Positions 39,308-48,612 of a stretch of DNA of 64,000 nucleotides are shown in pieces. Every line of letters begins with the position of its first letter. Within the stretch, counting starts at the first letter, position 1. The stretch lies in contig CALBHS010000177.1 in the NCBI GenBank assembly GCA_937892905.1, forward strand, positions 25,286 to 89,285. Reading direction: 5' to 3'. A program made the position numbers and the translations under genes. The notes below the pieces were generated by a model, which did no database searches, had not been told where the DNA came from, and saw nothing but the letters and a program-made list of their open reading frames with translations. The DNA comes from an uncultured Clostridia bacterium. GTDB lineage: Bacteria > Bacillota > Clostridia > Oscillospirales > Acutalibacteraceae.

Positions 39308-39808
39308 TTAACCTAAAATTTCCTTAGCTGACTTGTCACGAACTGCTGCAACCTCGTCAACGTCACGGAGTTTTGAAAGTCCGTCAATAGTAGCTCTTAC
39401 TACATTGCACGGATTGTTTGAACGCAGTGCCTTTGAACGGATGTCCCTGATTCCGACGGACTCAACGACAGCACGAACCGGGCCGCCTGCGATAACACCG
39501 GTACCGGGAGCAGCCGGCTTGAGAAGTACAACGCCTGCGCCGTATTTACCGATGATCTCATGAGGAATAGTTGTTCCTCTGAGAGAAACTTTAATAAGGT
39601 TCTTCTTCGCATCCTCGATACCCTTACGGATAGCGTCCGGAACTTCGCCCGACTTACCGATACCGAAGCCAACTGTTCCGTTGCCGTCACCGACAACTAC
39701 AAGAGCAGCGAACTTGAAGATACGACCACCTTTAACTGTCTTAGAAACACGGTTGATAGTAACAACGCGTTCCGTAAGTTCCATAGCCGATGCATCAATC
39801 TTAGCCAA
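39308..39808 (-). CDS. rpsE: 30S ribosomal protein S5
   Basis: The translation matches S5. Confidence 0.97.
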   Translation of the reverse strand: MAKIDASAMELTERVVTINRVSKTVKGGRIFKFAALVVVGDGNGTVGFGIGKSGEVPDAIRKGIEDAKKNLIKVSLRGTTIPHEIIGKYGAGVVLLKPAAPGTGVIAGGPVRAVVESVGIRDIRSKALRSNNPCNVVRATIDGLSKLRDVDEVAAVRDKSAKEILG

Positions 39809-39826
39809 AAGTAATTCCTCCTTACC

Positions 39827-40186
39827 TTAGAACTTGAGGCCGCCCTCACGGGCGCCTTCGGCCAGTTCCTGAACACGGCCGTGATATATATAGCCACCGC
39901 GGTCAAATACGCATTCTTCAATGCCTTTGTCCTTAGCGCGCTGTGCGAGTACCTCGCCCACCTTGTGAGCTGCAGCTTTGTTTCCGCCGTATTCCGTGAA
40001 ATCCTTCTCAACAGTAGAAGCGCTGACAAGTGTTACGCCTGCCTCGTCATCTATTAACTGAGCGTAGATGTTCTGTAATGAGCGGAATACATCAAGGCGG
40101 GGGCACTGAGCTGTGCCGGAGATCTTGTTACGCACTCTCTGGTGACGTGCAAGTCTTGCCTTATTACTGTCTGGTCTGTTAACCAT
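39827..40186 (-). CDS. rplR: 50S ribosomal protein L18
   Basis: The translation matches L18. Confidence 0.97.
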   Translation of the reverse strand: MVNRPDSNKARLARHQRVRNKISGTAQCPRLDVFRSLQNIYAQLIDDEAGVTLVSASTVEKDFTEYGGNKAAAHKVGEVLAQRAKDKGIEECVFDRGGYIYHGRVQELAEGAREGGLKF

Positions 40187-40210
40187 AAGTTTTTCACTCC
40201 TTCATTAAGA

Positions 40211-40756
40211 TTATTTGCCACCCTTACCGGCTTTACCTTCCTTACGGCGGATATGCTCATCAACATACTTGATGCCCTTACCCTTATAAGGCTCCGGAGG
40301 ACGCTTCTCGCGTACTTCAGCGGCAAACTGACCTACCTTCTGCTTGTCAGGACCGGAAATAACGATTTTGTTCGGTGCGGGAACTTCGATCTTGATGCCC
40401 TCAGGCTGATCCATGATTACCTGATGTGAAAATCCGATATTCATTACAAGCTGTGTTCCCTGCATAGCGGCACGGTAACCGATACCGTTGATCTCAAGCT
40501 CCTTCTTGTATCCGTGAGCAGCACCCTCAACCATGTTGGCGATGAGTGTTCTCGTAAGACCGTGAAGTGATCTGTTGAGCTTTTCATCATTCGGACGAGT
40601 AACAACGATCTCGTTGTTCTCAACTGCAACAGCGATATTGCTGTGCACTGTTCTGGTAAGAGTTCCCTGAGGACCCTTTACGGTAACAGTGCTGCCGTCG
40701 ATCGTAACATCAACGCCTGCAGGAATTGCGATTGGCAACTTACCTATACGTGACAT
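40211..40756 (-). CDS. rplF: 50S ribosomal protein L6
   Basis: [15 protein letters not shown]... Start set at Met9 of the track ORF (GGGGAGGTG SD). Confidence 0.96.
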   Translation of the reverse strand: MSRIGKLPIAIPAGVDVTIDGSTVTVKGPQGTLTRTVHSNIAVAVENNEIVVTRPNDEKLNRSLHGLTRTLIANMVEGAAHGYKKELEINGIGYRAAMQGTQLVMNIGFSHQVIMDQPEGIKIEVPAPNKIVISGPDKQKVGQFAAEVREKRPPEPYKGKGIKYVDEHIRRKEGKAGKGGK

Positions 40757-40773
40757 TCTAACAGCACCTCCCC

Positions 40774-41172
40774 TTACCAAACGAATGCAAGAACTTCACC
40801 GCCGACGTTAGCCTTGCGTGCGTCCTTGTCTGTCATAACGCCCTTGGATGTAGAAACGATTGCGATGCCAAGACCCTTCATAACCTTCGGCATATCTTCG
40901 CAACCGGAATAAATTCTCAAACCGGGCTTGGAAACTCTGCGTAAACCTGTGATGGCTGCGGTCTTGTTCTGACCGTACTTGAGGGTGATCTCGATCATGC
41001 CCTGCTTACCGTCATCCTCAACCTTAAAGCCTTTGATATAACCTTCATCAACAAGAATCTGAGCAATTGCCTTCTTCATGTTAGATGCCGGGATTTTGAC
41101 AGAATCATGTTTTGCAGAACTTGCGTTGCGAATTCTGGTTAACATATCTGCGATTGAATCTGTAGTTTGCAT
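40774..41172 (-). CDS. rpsH: 30S ribosomal protein S8
   Basis: The translation matches S8. Confidence 0.97.
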   Translation of the reverse strand: MQTTDSIADMLTRIRNASSAKHDSVKIPASNMKKAIAQILVDEGYIKGFKVEDDGKQGMIEITLKYGQNKTAAITGLRRVSKPGLRIYSGCEDMPKVMKGLGIAIVSTSKGVMTDKDARKANVGGEVLAFVW

Positions 41173-41204
41173 ACCGTCAACCTCCTTAATGCAATTACTC
41201 TAAA

Positions 41205-41390
41205 TTACCAACTTGCTTTCTTTACTCCGGGGATCTGACCTGCATGAGCAAGCTCCCTGAAGCAGATACGGCAAACGCCGTACTTACGAAGATACGCATG
41301 TGGTCTTCCGCAGATCTTGCATCTGTTGTATGCTCTTGATGAATACTTTGCAGTCTTGGCCTGCTTAACCTTCATTGATGTCTTAGCCAC
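41205..41390 (-). CDS. rpsZ: 30S ribosomal protein S14, type Z (zinc-binding)
   Basis: 61 aa with [23 protein letters not shown]. Confidence 0.96.
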   Translation of the reverse strand: MAKTSMKVKQAKTAKYSSRAYNRCKICGRPHAYLRKYGVCRICFRELAHAGQIPGVKKASW

Positions 41391-41402
41391 AATTATACCT
41401 CC

Positions 41403-41945
41403 TTATTTCTCGAACGGAGCACCCATAAGCGTAAGCAGCTCACGAGCCTCTTCGTCTGTTTTTGCTGTGGTTACGAAACAGATATCCATACCACGAACCT
41501 TATCTACCTTATCATAATCGATTTCGGGGAAGATAAGCTGCTCTTTGATGCCCATGGAATAGTTTCCGCGGCCGTCAAAAGAGTTAGCGTTGATTCCTCT
41601 GAAGTCACGAACACGGGGAAGAGCGAGATTGAAGAATCTGTCAAGGAATTCATACATTCTATCTCCTCTGAGCGTGACCTTAACGCCGATTGTCATGCCT
41701 TCACGGAGCTTGAAGTTAGCAACTGACTTCTTAGCCTTGCAAAGAACAGGCTTCTGACCTGTGATCTGGCTGAGATCGCTTACGATAGCATCAACAACCT
41801 TCGGGTTATCTCTTGCTTCGCCGCAAGCAACGTTGATAACGATCTTCTCAAGCTTAGGGATCTGCATGACACTCTTGTATTCAAACTTTTTCATCAAAGC
41901 CGGTGCGACTTCGTTAACATAGGTTTCTTTTAACCTTGCTGCCAT
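41403..41945 (-). CDS. rplE: 50S ribosomal protein L5
   Basis: The translation matches L5. Confidence 0.97.
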   Translation of the reverse strand: MAARLKETYVNEVAPALMKKFEYKSVMQIPKLEKIVINVACGEARDNPKVVDAIVSDLSQITGQKPVLCKAKKSVANFKLREGMTIGVKVTLRGDRMYEFLDRFFNLALPRVRDFRGINANSFDGRGNYSMGIKEQLIFPEIDYDKVDKVRGMDICFVTTAKTDEEARELLTLMGAPFEK

Positions 41946-41964
41946 TTGTCATGTACCTCCCTTA

Positions 41965-42291
41965 TTAAAATTCCGCGTTGCACTTTTTGCAAATGCGTTT
42001 CTTATCTTTCTTGCCGTCAGCCTTAGCTGCGTGACCAACTCTTGTCGGTCTGCCGCACTTCGGGCAAACGAGCTGTACCTTATCGGCATAGAGTGCGCTC
42101 TCAGCCTTTACAAGGCCTCCCTGCTCACCCATCTGTCTGGGCTTAACGTGCTTTGTAACAATGTTAATGCCCTCAACGATAACCTTACCCTCCGAAGGAG
42201 CAACCTGGAGAACCTTACCTTTAGCTCCACGGTACTTACCGTTGATTACTATGACCTGATCACCGGTCTTAACGTGTACTTTATTACTCAT
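41965..42291 (-). CDS. rplX: 50S ribosomal protein L24 (variant with CxxC...CxxC in the C-terminal part)
   Basis: KOW motif at the N-terminus. The C-terminal part reads VCPKCGRPTRVG...RICKKCNAEF. Confidence 0.95.
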   Translation of the reverse strand: MSNKVHVKTGDQVIVINGKYRGAKGKVLQVAPSEGKVIVEGINIVTKHVKPRQMGEQGGLVKAESALYADKVQLVCPKCGRPTRVGHAAKADGKKDKKRICKKCNAEF

Positions 42292-42306
42292 AGTTGCACC
42301 CCCTGA

Positions 42307-42675
42307 TTAAAGCACTTCGGGAGCGAGTGAAAGGATCTTCATGAAGTCATGGTCACGAAGCTCTCTTGCAACAGGTCCAAAAATACGTGTGCCCTTTGGG
42401 TTTTTGTCTTCTCTGATGATGACAGCTGCATTCTCGTCGAAACGAATATATGTGCCGTCGTTGCGGCGTACGCCGCTTGCAGTACGAACAACTACTGCCT
42501 TTACAACCTCGCCCTTCTTTACGACGCCGCCGGGTGTTGCTTTCTTAACCGAAGCAACGATAACGTCGCCGATGTTGGCGTATCTTCTGCCGGTACCACC
42601 GAGAACTCGGATACATCTGATCTCCTTCGCTCCGGTGTTGTCGGCAACTTTGAGGTTACTTTCTTGCTGTATCAC
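42307..42675 (-). CDS. rplN: 50S ribosomal protein L14
   Basis: [18 protein letters not shown]... matches L14. Confidence 0.97.
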   Translation of the reverse strand: MIQQESNLKVADNTGAKEIRCIRVLGGTGRRYANIGDVIVASVKKATPGGVVKKGEVVKAVVVRTASGVRRNDGTYIRFDENAAVIIREDKNPKGTRIFGPVARELRDHDFMKILSLAPEVL

Positions 42676-42703
42676 AGTGTTTGCCTCCTTACACCTGCGC
42701 CAA

Positions 42704-42961
42704 TTATTTGGCTTTCTCGATAATCTCGACTACACGCCATCTCTTGTCCTTTGAAAGAGGACGTGTTTCCATAATCAATACCTTGTCGCCTACGCCGCAC
42801 TCGTTCTTCTCGTCATGAGCCTTGAACTTGATTGTACGATTGACGATCTTCTTATAAAGCGGATGCTTTATCTTATCCTTAACAGTGACAACGACTGTCT
42901 TGTCCATCTTGTCGCTGCTGACAACGCCTACGCGCGTCTTTCTGAGGTTTCTTTCTTCCAT
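42704..42961 (-). CDS. rpsQ: 30S ribosomal protein S17
   Basis: [22 protein letters not shown]... Start set at Met8 of the track ORF (GGGAGG SD). Confidence 0.96.
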   Translation of the reverse strand: MEERNLRKTRVGVVSSDKMDKTVVVTVKDKIKHPLYKKIVNRTIKFKAHDEKNECGVGDKVLIMETRPLSKDKRWRVVEIIEKAK

Positions 42962-42981
42962 TACAGTTAACCTCCCTTTCA

Positions 42982-43185
42982 TTACGACTCAGCGCCGTGG
43001 AGTTCGATATCTCTCTGAACAGTCTTTATTCTTGCGATATCCTTTTTAACGGCGTTAATACGCATTGGGTTGTCGAGCTGGTTAATGGCCTGCTGGAAAC
43101 GAAGCTTGAAAAGCTCATCCTTAAGATCGTGAAGCTTAGAATCAAGCTCGCTTGCGGACATTTTTCTGATTTCACTTGCTTTCAT
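42982..43185 (-). CDS. rpmC: 50S ribosomal protein L29
   Basis: The translation matches L29. Confidence 0.96.
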   Translation of the reverse strand: MKASEIRKMSASELDSKLHDLKDELFKLRFQQAINQLDNPMRINAVKKDIARIKTVQRDIELHGAES

Positions 43186-43610
43186 TACTGCTCACCACCC
43201 GTTTCTTCTTTAGTAACAAACTTGCATTTGATCGGGAGCTTGTTAGCTGCAAGACGAAGAGCCTCGCGAGCTGTGTCCTCATCAACACCTGCAATTTCAA
43301 ACATAACTCTGCCCGGCTTAACAACTGCAACCCAGTATTCAGGTGATCCTTTACCTGAACCCATCCGGGTTTCAGCCGGCTTCTCTGTGATCGGCTTATC
43401 CGGGAAAATCTTAATCCAAACCTGACCGTTACGCTTGATGTAACGAGTCATAGCGATACGAGCTGCCTCGATCTGGTTTGATGTGATCCATGCCGGTTCG
43501 AGAGCCTGAAGTCCAAATTCACCGTTAGTAACCTTGTTACCACGTGTTGCCTTACCCTTCAGACGACCTCTCTGAACGCGACGATATTTAACTCTTTTAG
43601 GTAACAGCAT
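43185..43610 (-). CDS. rplP: 50S ribosomal protein L16
   Basis: [16 protein letters not shown]... matches L16. Confidence 0.97.
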   Translation of the reverse strand: MLLPKRVKYRRVQRGRLKGKATRGNKVTNGEFGLQALEPAWITSNQIEAARIAMTRYIKRNGQVWIKIFPDKPITEKPAETRMGSGKGSPEYWVAVVKPGRVMFEIAGVDEDTAREALRLAANKLPIKCKFVTKEETGGEQ

Positions 43611-44293
43611 TATTTAGCTCCCTCCTTACGGCGCGGTCTGCGATGATTGTTGTTAGCCTCATGGAGAACCTCGCCCTTGTAAAGCCAAACCTTGATGCCG
43701 ATACGACCGTAAGTTGTCTTTGCCTCAGCAAAGCCGTAGTCGATATCTGCACGGATTGTCTGAAGGGGAATTGTTCCCTCATGATAAGTTTCAGAACGAG
43801 CGATTTCCGCTCCGCCAAGACGGCCTGAACACTGAATCTTAATACCCTTTGCGCCGAGCTTCATTGTGCGTCCGATGCACTGCTTCATAGCACGACGGAA
43901 AGAAATACGTCTTTCAAGCTGAGATGCGATGTTCTCAGCAACAAGCTGTGCGTCAAGGTCGGGCTGCTTGATCTCAATAATGTTGATCGAAACATCCTTG
44001 TCGCCGCCAAGCTTCTTCTTACAAACTTCCTTGAGCTTCTCGATCTCCGAGCCGCCGCGGCCGATAACCATGCCGGGCTTCGCGCAATGAATGTTGATAT
44101 AAACACGCTTTGCGTCACGCTCGATCTCAACCTTAGGTACACCTGCAGGAGCGAGTGTATCGAGAAGGTATTCACGAAGATTATAATCCTCAACAAGTGT
44201 ATCGCCGAAAGTACTCTTACCGGCATACCAGCGGGATTCCCAATTCTTAATAACACCGATTCTAAGACCGGTAGGATTTATTTTCTGGCCCAT
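43610..44293 (-). CDS. rpsC: 30S ribosomal protein S3
   Basis: [13 protein letters not shown]... matches S3. Confidence 0.97.
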   Translation of the reverse strand: MGQKINPTGLRIGVIKNWESRWYAGKSTFGDTLVEDYNLREYLLDTLAPAGVPKVEIERDAKRVYINIHCAKPGMVIGRGGSEIEKLKEVCKKKLGGDKDVSINIIEIKQPDLDAQLVAENIASQLERRISFRRAMKQCIGRTMKLGAKGIKIQCSGRLGGAEIARSETYHEGTIPLQTIRADIDYGFAEAKTTYGRIGIKVWLYKGEVLHEANNNHRRPRRKEGAK

Positions 44294-44312
44294 ATGTTTA
44301 CCTCCTCCTCGC

Positions 44313-44645
44313 TTATTCTGCTTCTCTGAGTACTAATGTGATGTGAGAAGTCTTCTTGTTTATTCTGTATGCACGTCCCTGTGCGCGAGGTCTGATTCTC
44401 TTAAGAGTCGGACCCTGACCTACGAAGCATTCTGCAACGTAGAGGTTGGAAACGTCCATATCTTTGTTTTCCGCATTTGCCATAGCTGACTTAAGCAGCT
44501 TTTCAAGCGGTTCACACGCAGCCTTCGGCGTGTGTTTAAGGATAGCCATTGCCTGGTCGCAAGGCTTATTTCTGATAAGGTCAAGCACAATCTGAACCTT
44601 TCTCGGTGCAATACGCACGTAGGTTACTTTTGCTGTTGCTTCCAT
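44313..44645 (-). CDS. rplV: 50S ribosomal protein L22
   Basis: The translation matches L22. Confidence 0.97.
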   Translation of the reverse strand: MEATAKVTYVRIAPRKVQIVLDLIRNKPCDQAMAILKHTPKAACEPLEKLLKSAMANAENKDMDVSNLYVAECFVGQGPTLKRIRPRAQGRAYRINKKTSHITLVLREAE

Positions 44646-44668
44646 GAATACACACTCCTTTCGGCTAA

Positions 44669-44950
44669 TTATTTACCATTATTTGTTGTCTTTGAACCTG
44701 CATGACCTCTGAAGGTTCTTGTAGGTGCAAATTCGCCCAACTTATGACCAACCATGTCCTCTGTAACATATACGGGAACGTGTTTGCGTCCGTCATGAAC
44801 CGCAAATGTGTGGCCGACAAAGTCAGGGAAGATTGTGGAGCTGCGGCTCCATGTCTTGAGAACTATTTTTTCGCCCTTCTCGTTCATGGCCTGTACTCTC
44901 TGGAGCAACTTAGCCTGCACGTAGGGACCTTTCTTTATGCTTCTGCCCAT
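44669..44950 (-). CDS. rpsS: 30S ribosomal protein S19
   Basis: [11 protein letters not shown]... matches S19. Confidence 0.97.
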   Translation of the reverse strand: MGRSIKKGPYVQAKLLQRVQAMNEKGEKIVLKTWSRSSTIFPDFVGHTFAVHDGRKHVPVYVTEDMVGHKLGEFAPTRTFRGHAGSKTTNNGK

Positions 44951-44971
44951 AGATCTTTATCTCCTTTCAAC

Positions 44972-45805
44972 TTATTTGCCGTTACGACGTCTTACGATCA
45001 TCTTGTTGGAAGCCTTCTTCTTGTTACGAGTCTTGTAACCGAGAGCCGGCTTGCCCCAAGGTGTAACAGGGCCGGGACGACCGATAGGTGACTTACCTTC
45101 ACCACCGCCGTGGGGGTGATCGTTCGGGTTCATGACAGAACCGCGGACTGTAGGTCTCCAACCCATATGACGTTTTCTACCTGCGTTACCGATCTTAACG
45201 TTCTCGTGATCAAGGTTACCAACCTGGCCTACAGTAGCCATACAAGTTGCGGGAACCTTGCGAAGCTCGCCGGACGGAAGTCTGAGGAGAGCATATTCGC
45301 CTTCCTTAGCCATAAGCTGTGCAGCGTTGCCTGCAGCTCTTGCAAGCTGACCGCCGCGGCCCGGATAAAGCTCAACGTTATGAACAACGGTACCTGTGGG
45401 GATGTTTATGAGCGGCAGTGCATTGCCCGGCTTGATATCGGCATCGGGACCTGCCATAACCTTGTCACCGACCTTAAGGCCTGCGGGAGCAAGGATGTAG
45501 CTCTTTACGCCGTCCTCATACTTGATGAGAGCGATGTGAGCTGAACGGTTCGGGTCATATTCGAGTGAAACTACCTCAGCAGGAATATCGAACTTGGAAC
45601 GCTTGAAGTCGATTACACGGTACTTTCTGCGGTTTGCGCCGCCGCGGTGACGTACTGTGATGCGACCGTAATTGTTACGACCCGATTTATTCTTGAGCGG
45701 CTCAAGGAGGCTTCTTTCGGGAGCAACCTTTGAAAGCTCTGAATAATCTGTAACCGACATATTTCTACGTGAATTTGAAGTCGGCTTATAGACTTTGATC
45801 GACAT
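44972..45805 (-). CDS. rplB: 50S ribosomal protein L2
   Basis: [15 protein letters not shown]... Start set at Met4 of the track ORF (AAAGGAG SD). Confidence 0.97.
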   Translation of the reverse strand: MSIKVYKPTSNSRRNMSVTDYSELSKVAPERSLLEPLKNKSGRNNYGRITVRHRGGANRRKYRVIDFKRSKFDIPAEVVSLEYDPNRSAHIALIKYEDGVKSYILAPAGLKVGDKVMAGPDADIKPGNALPLINIPTGTVVHNVELYPGRGGQLARAAGNAAQLMAKEGEYALLRLPSGELRKVPATCMATVGQVGNLDHENVKIGNAGRKRHMGWRPTVRGSVMNPNDHPHGGGEGKSPIGRPGPVTPWGKPALGYKTRNKKKASNKMIVRRRNGK

Positions 45806-45895
45806 TTGATTCACACTCCTTTAAGTGGCTTCGCGGAGTATGTCGAACTCCATACATTACCACCGGAATTTTACGGTTTGTTTTGTGATGTCAGA

Positions 45896-46192
45896 TTACA
45901 TCATGCCATCGAAGAACTCGATGGTCTTAGAATCCTCTGTAAGAGTAACGATCGCCTTTTTCCAAGAAGCTGTGAAGCCCTGGGAAACGCCCTGTCTGCG
46001 AAGCTTGCCGAGGCAGTTGATGGTATTAACCTTAGCTACCTTTACGCCGAAAAGCTCTTCAACAGCTGCAGCGATTTCGATCTTGTTTGCATCCTTGGCA
46101 ACCGAGAAGGTGTACTTCTTGTCAGCAGTGCCGAGCATACTCTCTTCTGTGATAATCGGACGGAGGATTATGTCCTGTGCTGCTTTACTCAT
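45896..46192 (-). CDS. rplW: 50S ribosomal protein L23
   Basis: The translation matches L23. Confidence 0.96.
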   Translation of the reverse strand: MSKAAQDIILRPIITEESMLGTADKKYTFSVAKDANKIEIAAAVEELFGVKVAKVNTINCLGKLRRQGVSQGFTASWKKAIVTLTEDSKTIEFFDGMM

Positions 46193-46812
46193 GCATATAC
46201 CTCCTCAATCTTTGCAACGCTGTCCTTAAGAACAAGCATTGTGTCACAATTAAGAATGTCATAAACATTCAATGTGTTTACGGTTGAAACCTTAACACCG
46301 GCAATGTTTCTTGCGCTTCTGTAAAGAACATCGTTGTTCTCCGGAAGAACGAGAAGAACCTTCTTGCCTGTTTCAAGAGCTGTAAGAACCTTTACAACCT
46401 CTTTAGTCTTGATTGCGTCAAGCTTGAACTCGTCAAGAACTACAAGCTCCTCCGCTGCAACCTTTGAAGAGAAAGCCGACTTCATAGCAAGTCTTCTTAC
46501 CTTCTTGTTGATTGAGAAGCCGTACTCTCTCGGCTTGGGGCCGTGTGCGATACCGCCGTGTGTCCACTGAGGAGCTCTTGTTGAACCCTGACGTGCACGA
46601 CCTGTACCCTTCTGCTTCCACGGCTTCTTGCCGCCGCCGCTTACCTCTGAGCGTGTACGGGTTGACTGTGTGCCCTGACGCTGATTTGCCAAATAGTTAA
46701 CTACGCAAAGGTGCATAGCATAAGTATTCGGCTCGATTCCGAAAACAGACTCTGCAAGAGCAAGATCGGAAACCTTTTTACCGTTCATATCGAATACTGA
46801 TACATTAGGCAT
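46189..46812 (-). CDS. rplD: 50S ribosomal protein L4
   Basis: The translation matches L4. Confidence 0.97.
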   Translation of the reverse strand: MPNVSVFDMNGKKVSDLALAESVFGIEPNTYAMHLCVVNYLANQRQGTQSTRTRSEVSGGGKKPWKQKGTGRARQGSTRAPQWTHGGIAHGPKPREYGFSINKKVRRLAMKSAFSSKVAAEELVVLDEFKLDAIKTKEVVKVLTALETGKKVLLVLPENNDVLYRSARNIAGVKVSTVNTLNVYDILNCDTMLVLKDSVAKIEEVYA

Positions 46813-46830
46813 ACCTTAACACTCCTTCCG

Positions 46831-47463
46831 TTACGCTTTCTTGGCATCGGCGATAACAACGATTCCGCCCTTCGGGCCCGGAATTGCGCCCTTAACGGCG
46901 ATGAGGTTGTTCTCAACGTCAACCTTAGCAATAGTTAAATTCTGAACTGTGGTGCGGTCTACACCGTAGTGACCTGCAAGCTTCTTTCCCTTGTAAACAC
47001 GGGAAGGAGTTGAACAAGCACCCAATGAACCGGCGTGTCTTGCAACGGGACCTGTACCATGTGACTCTCTGAGTCTTGCAAAATTCCAACGCTTGATGGA
47101 ACCTGCTGTTCCGTGACCCTTGCTTGTGCCGATAACGTCAACCTTGTCGCCTGCTGCGAACACGTCAGCCTTGAGGATGTCGCCTACGTTAACGTCTGCA
47201 ATGTTCTCAAGACAGAACTCTTTAAGTACCTTCTTGGGCGCAACGTTGTTCTTTGCGAAGTGACCCTTCATAGCCTTGTTGACTCTCTGTGCCTTTACGT
47301 CACCGAAGCCGACCTGAACAGCCTCGTAGCCGTCATTCTCGATCGTCTTCTTCTGTGTGATTACACACGGACCTGCTTCAACGACTGTTACGGGAATTAC
47401 ATTGCCCTTTTCGTCGAAGATCTGTGTCATACCGATTTTCTTTCCGATAAGACCCTTTTTCAT
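46831..47463 (-). CDS. rplC: 50S ribosomal protein L3
   Basis: The translation matches L3. Confidence 0.97.
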   Translation of the reverse strand: MKKGLIGKKIGMTQIFDEKGNVIPVTVVEAGPCVITQKKTIENDGYEAVQVGFGDVKAQRVNKAMKGHFAKNNVAPKKVLKEFCLENIADVNVGDILKADVFAAGDKVDVIGTSKGHGTAGSIKRWNFARLRESHGTGPVARHAGSLGACSTPSRVYKGKKLAGHYGVDRTTVQNLTIAKVDVENNLIAVKGAIPGPKGGIVVIADAKKA

Positions 47464-47527
47464 ATAAGTTTTCCTCCTTATAGGTTATTGGTTGGCAACT
47501 GCGCCAACTTGACCTGTTAGCGTGAAA

Positions 47528-47839
47528 TCAAAGCTTGATTTCGATTTCTACGCCGGCAGGAAGCTCAAGACCTCTCAAAGCGTCAACAGTCTTAGCTGAC
47601 GGTCTGATGATGTCGATAAGCCTTTTGTGTGTGCGCTGTTCGAACTGCTCTCTGGAGTCCTTGTACTTGTGAACAGCACGAAGGATCGTAACGACCTCTT
47701 TCTCTGTCGGAAGGGGAACGGGACCTGAAACCTGAGCGCCTGTGCGCTTAGCAGTTTCAACGATCTTCTCCGCTGCCTTATCAACGAGATTGTGGTCATA
47801 GCCCTTCAATCTGATTCTGATTTTTCCCTTTACTGCCAT
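47528..47839 (-). CDS. rpsJ: 30S ribosomal protein S10
   Basis: The translation matches S10. It is the first gene of the cluster. Confidence 0.97.
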   Translation of the reverse strand: MAVKGKIRIRLKGYDHNLVDKAAEKIVETAKRTGAQVSGPVPLPTEKEVVTILRAVHKYKDSREQFEQRTHKRLIDIIRPSAKTVDALRGLELPAGVEIEIKL

Positions 47840-48125
47840 GATTTTGCCTCCTTACAAAGTTTGGCGGGCAACGTTTAAAACCTACTTTAGCAACGTTTCC
47901 GGGTGTTTCCACCCTCTGCATTTAAAAACCGGAAATGGGTTAGTTTCCGGGATAGTGCATTTAAGGTCTTAAACGCACATACACGCACAGGTCCGCTAAG
48001 GGATAGCAAGCCCGTGCTGTAAGTTATTTAAACGCCCGGTTTTAAATCGGACATACTCCGTGAGAATTCCCGACTTCTACGAGCCGCCACCTCTCACATC
48101 GACGCACATCTACGCACTAAACTAC
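47840..48125 (-). promoter_or_regulatory. Long structured 5-prime leader of the S10 operon (candidate cis-regulatory RNA)
   Basis: A ~285-nt ORF-free stretch that is visibly more GC-rich than neighbouring spacers. It contains several hairpins, a 17-nt tandem motif, a terminator-like hairpin and a long-range helix abutting the SD. A possible extended -10 (TGCTATATT, minus strand, 48131-48139) lies just upstream. Confidence 0.5.
47924..47950 (-). terminator. Terminator-like hairpin inside the rpsJ leader (possible attenuator)
   Basis: On the minus strand: CCGGAAA-8 nt loop-TTTCCGG followed by U5, about 75 nt upstream of the rpsJ SD. Confidence 0.45.
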
Positions 48126-48221
48126 ATAATAATATAGCATGCTTGAATAGAATACCACACTTTACTGTCAATTGCAAGCATTTTTTTAAATTTTTTCAAA
48201 AATTTTTTCAGCAAAAATATA

Positions 48222-48261
48222 CCCCGAAAGCAAGCAGTATCAAGGCTTTCGGGGATTTTTT
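48222..48261. terminator. Bidirectional intrinsic terminator insulating the S10 promoter region
   Basis: 10-bp stem CCCCGAAAGC/GCTTTCGGGG, with ATTTTTT on the plus strand and TATATTTTT on the minus strand. Confidence 0.6.
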
Positions 48262-48571
48262 GCTCGGATTTTCCACACTTTCCCATATAGTCGGTTCTGC
48301 ACAAAAACCGCACCCATATATTGTGGTTTATGACGATTGACAATTTGTTAATTTTCGTTAATCTCTATACTTTTCTAACTTAGATATTTTACTTTTTCCT
48401 TTATTTCTATAAAAAAGAAAGTATCAGCACGCATACGCTTGACTTGCTTTGCTCCATTTTGAATTGCAGCTTAGAGGACATCGCCGAATACAAAGAAAAA
48501 TAACCGTCAACTTTTTGTTTGGCGGTTATTTTTATATTTATTATATATAGTATAACAATTATATAAAGTTT

Positions 48572-48603
48572 TATAAAGAACGAACCGCTCTTTCGAGCGG
48601 TTC
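48572..48603 (-). terminator. Terminator of the GPH transporter gene
   Basis: 9-bp stem GAACCGCTC/GAGCGGTTC with a 4-nt loop, located 10 nt after the stop. The trailing tract is T-rich. Confidence 0.55.
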
Positions 48604-48612
48604 AATAATAAT

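Noticed and set aside
45806-45895. A 90-nt rplW-rplB spacer, longer than the other spacers within the ribosomal cluster, with a weak 5-bp hairpin.
   Set aside because: The hairpins are short and ambiguous and there is no terminator-like U-run. It most likely just contains the rplB SD.
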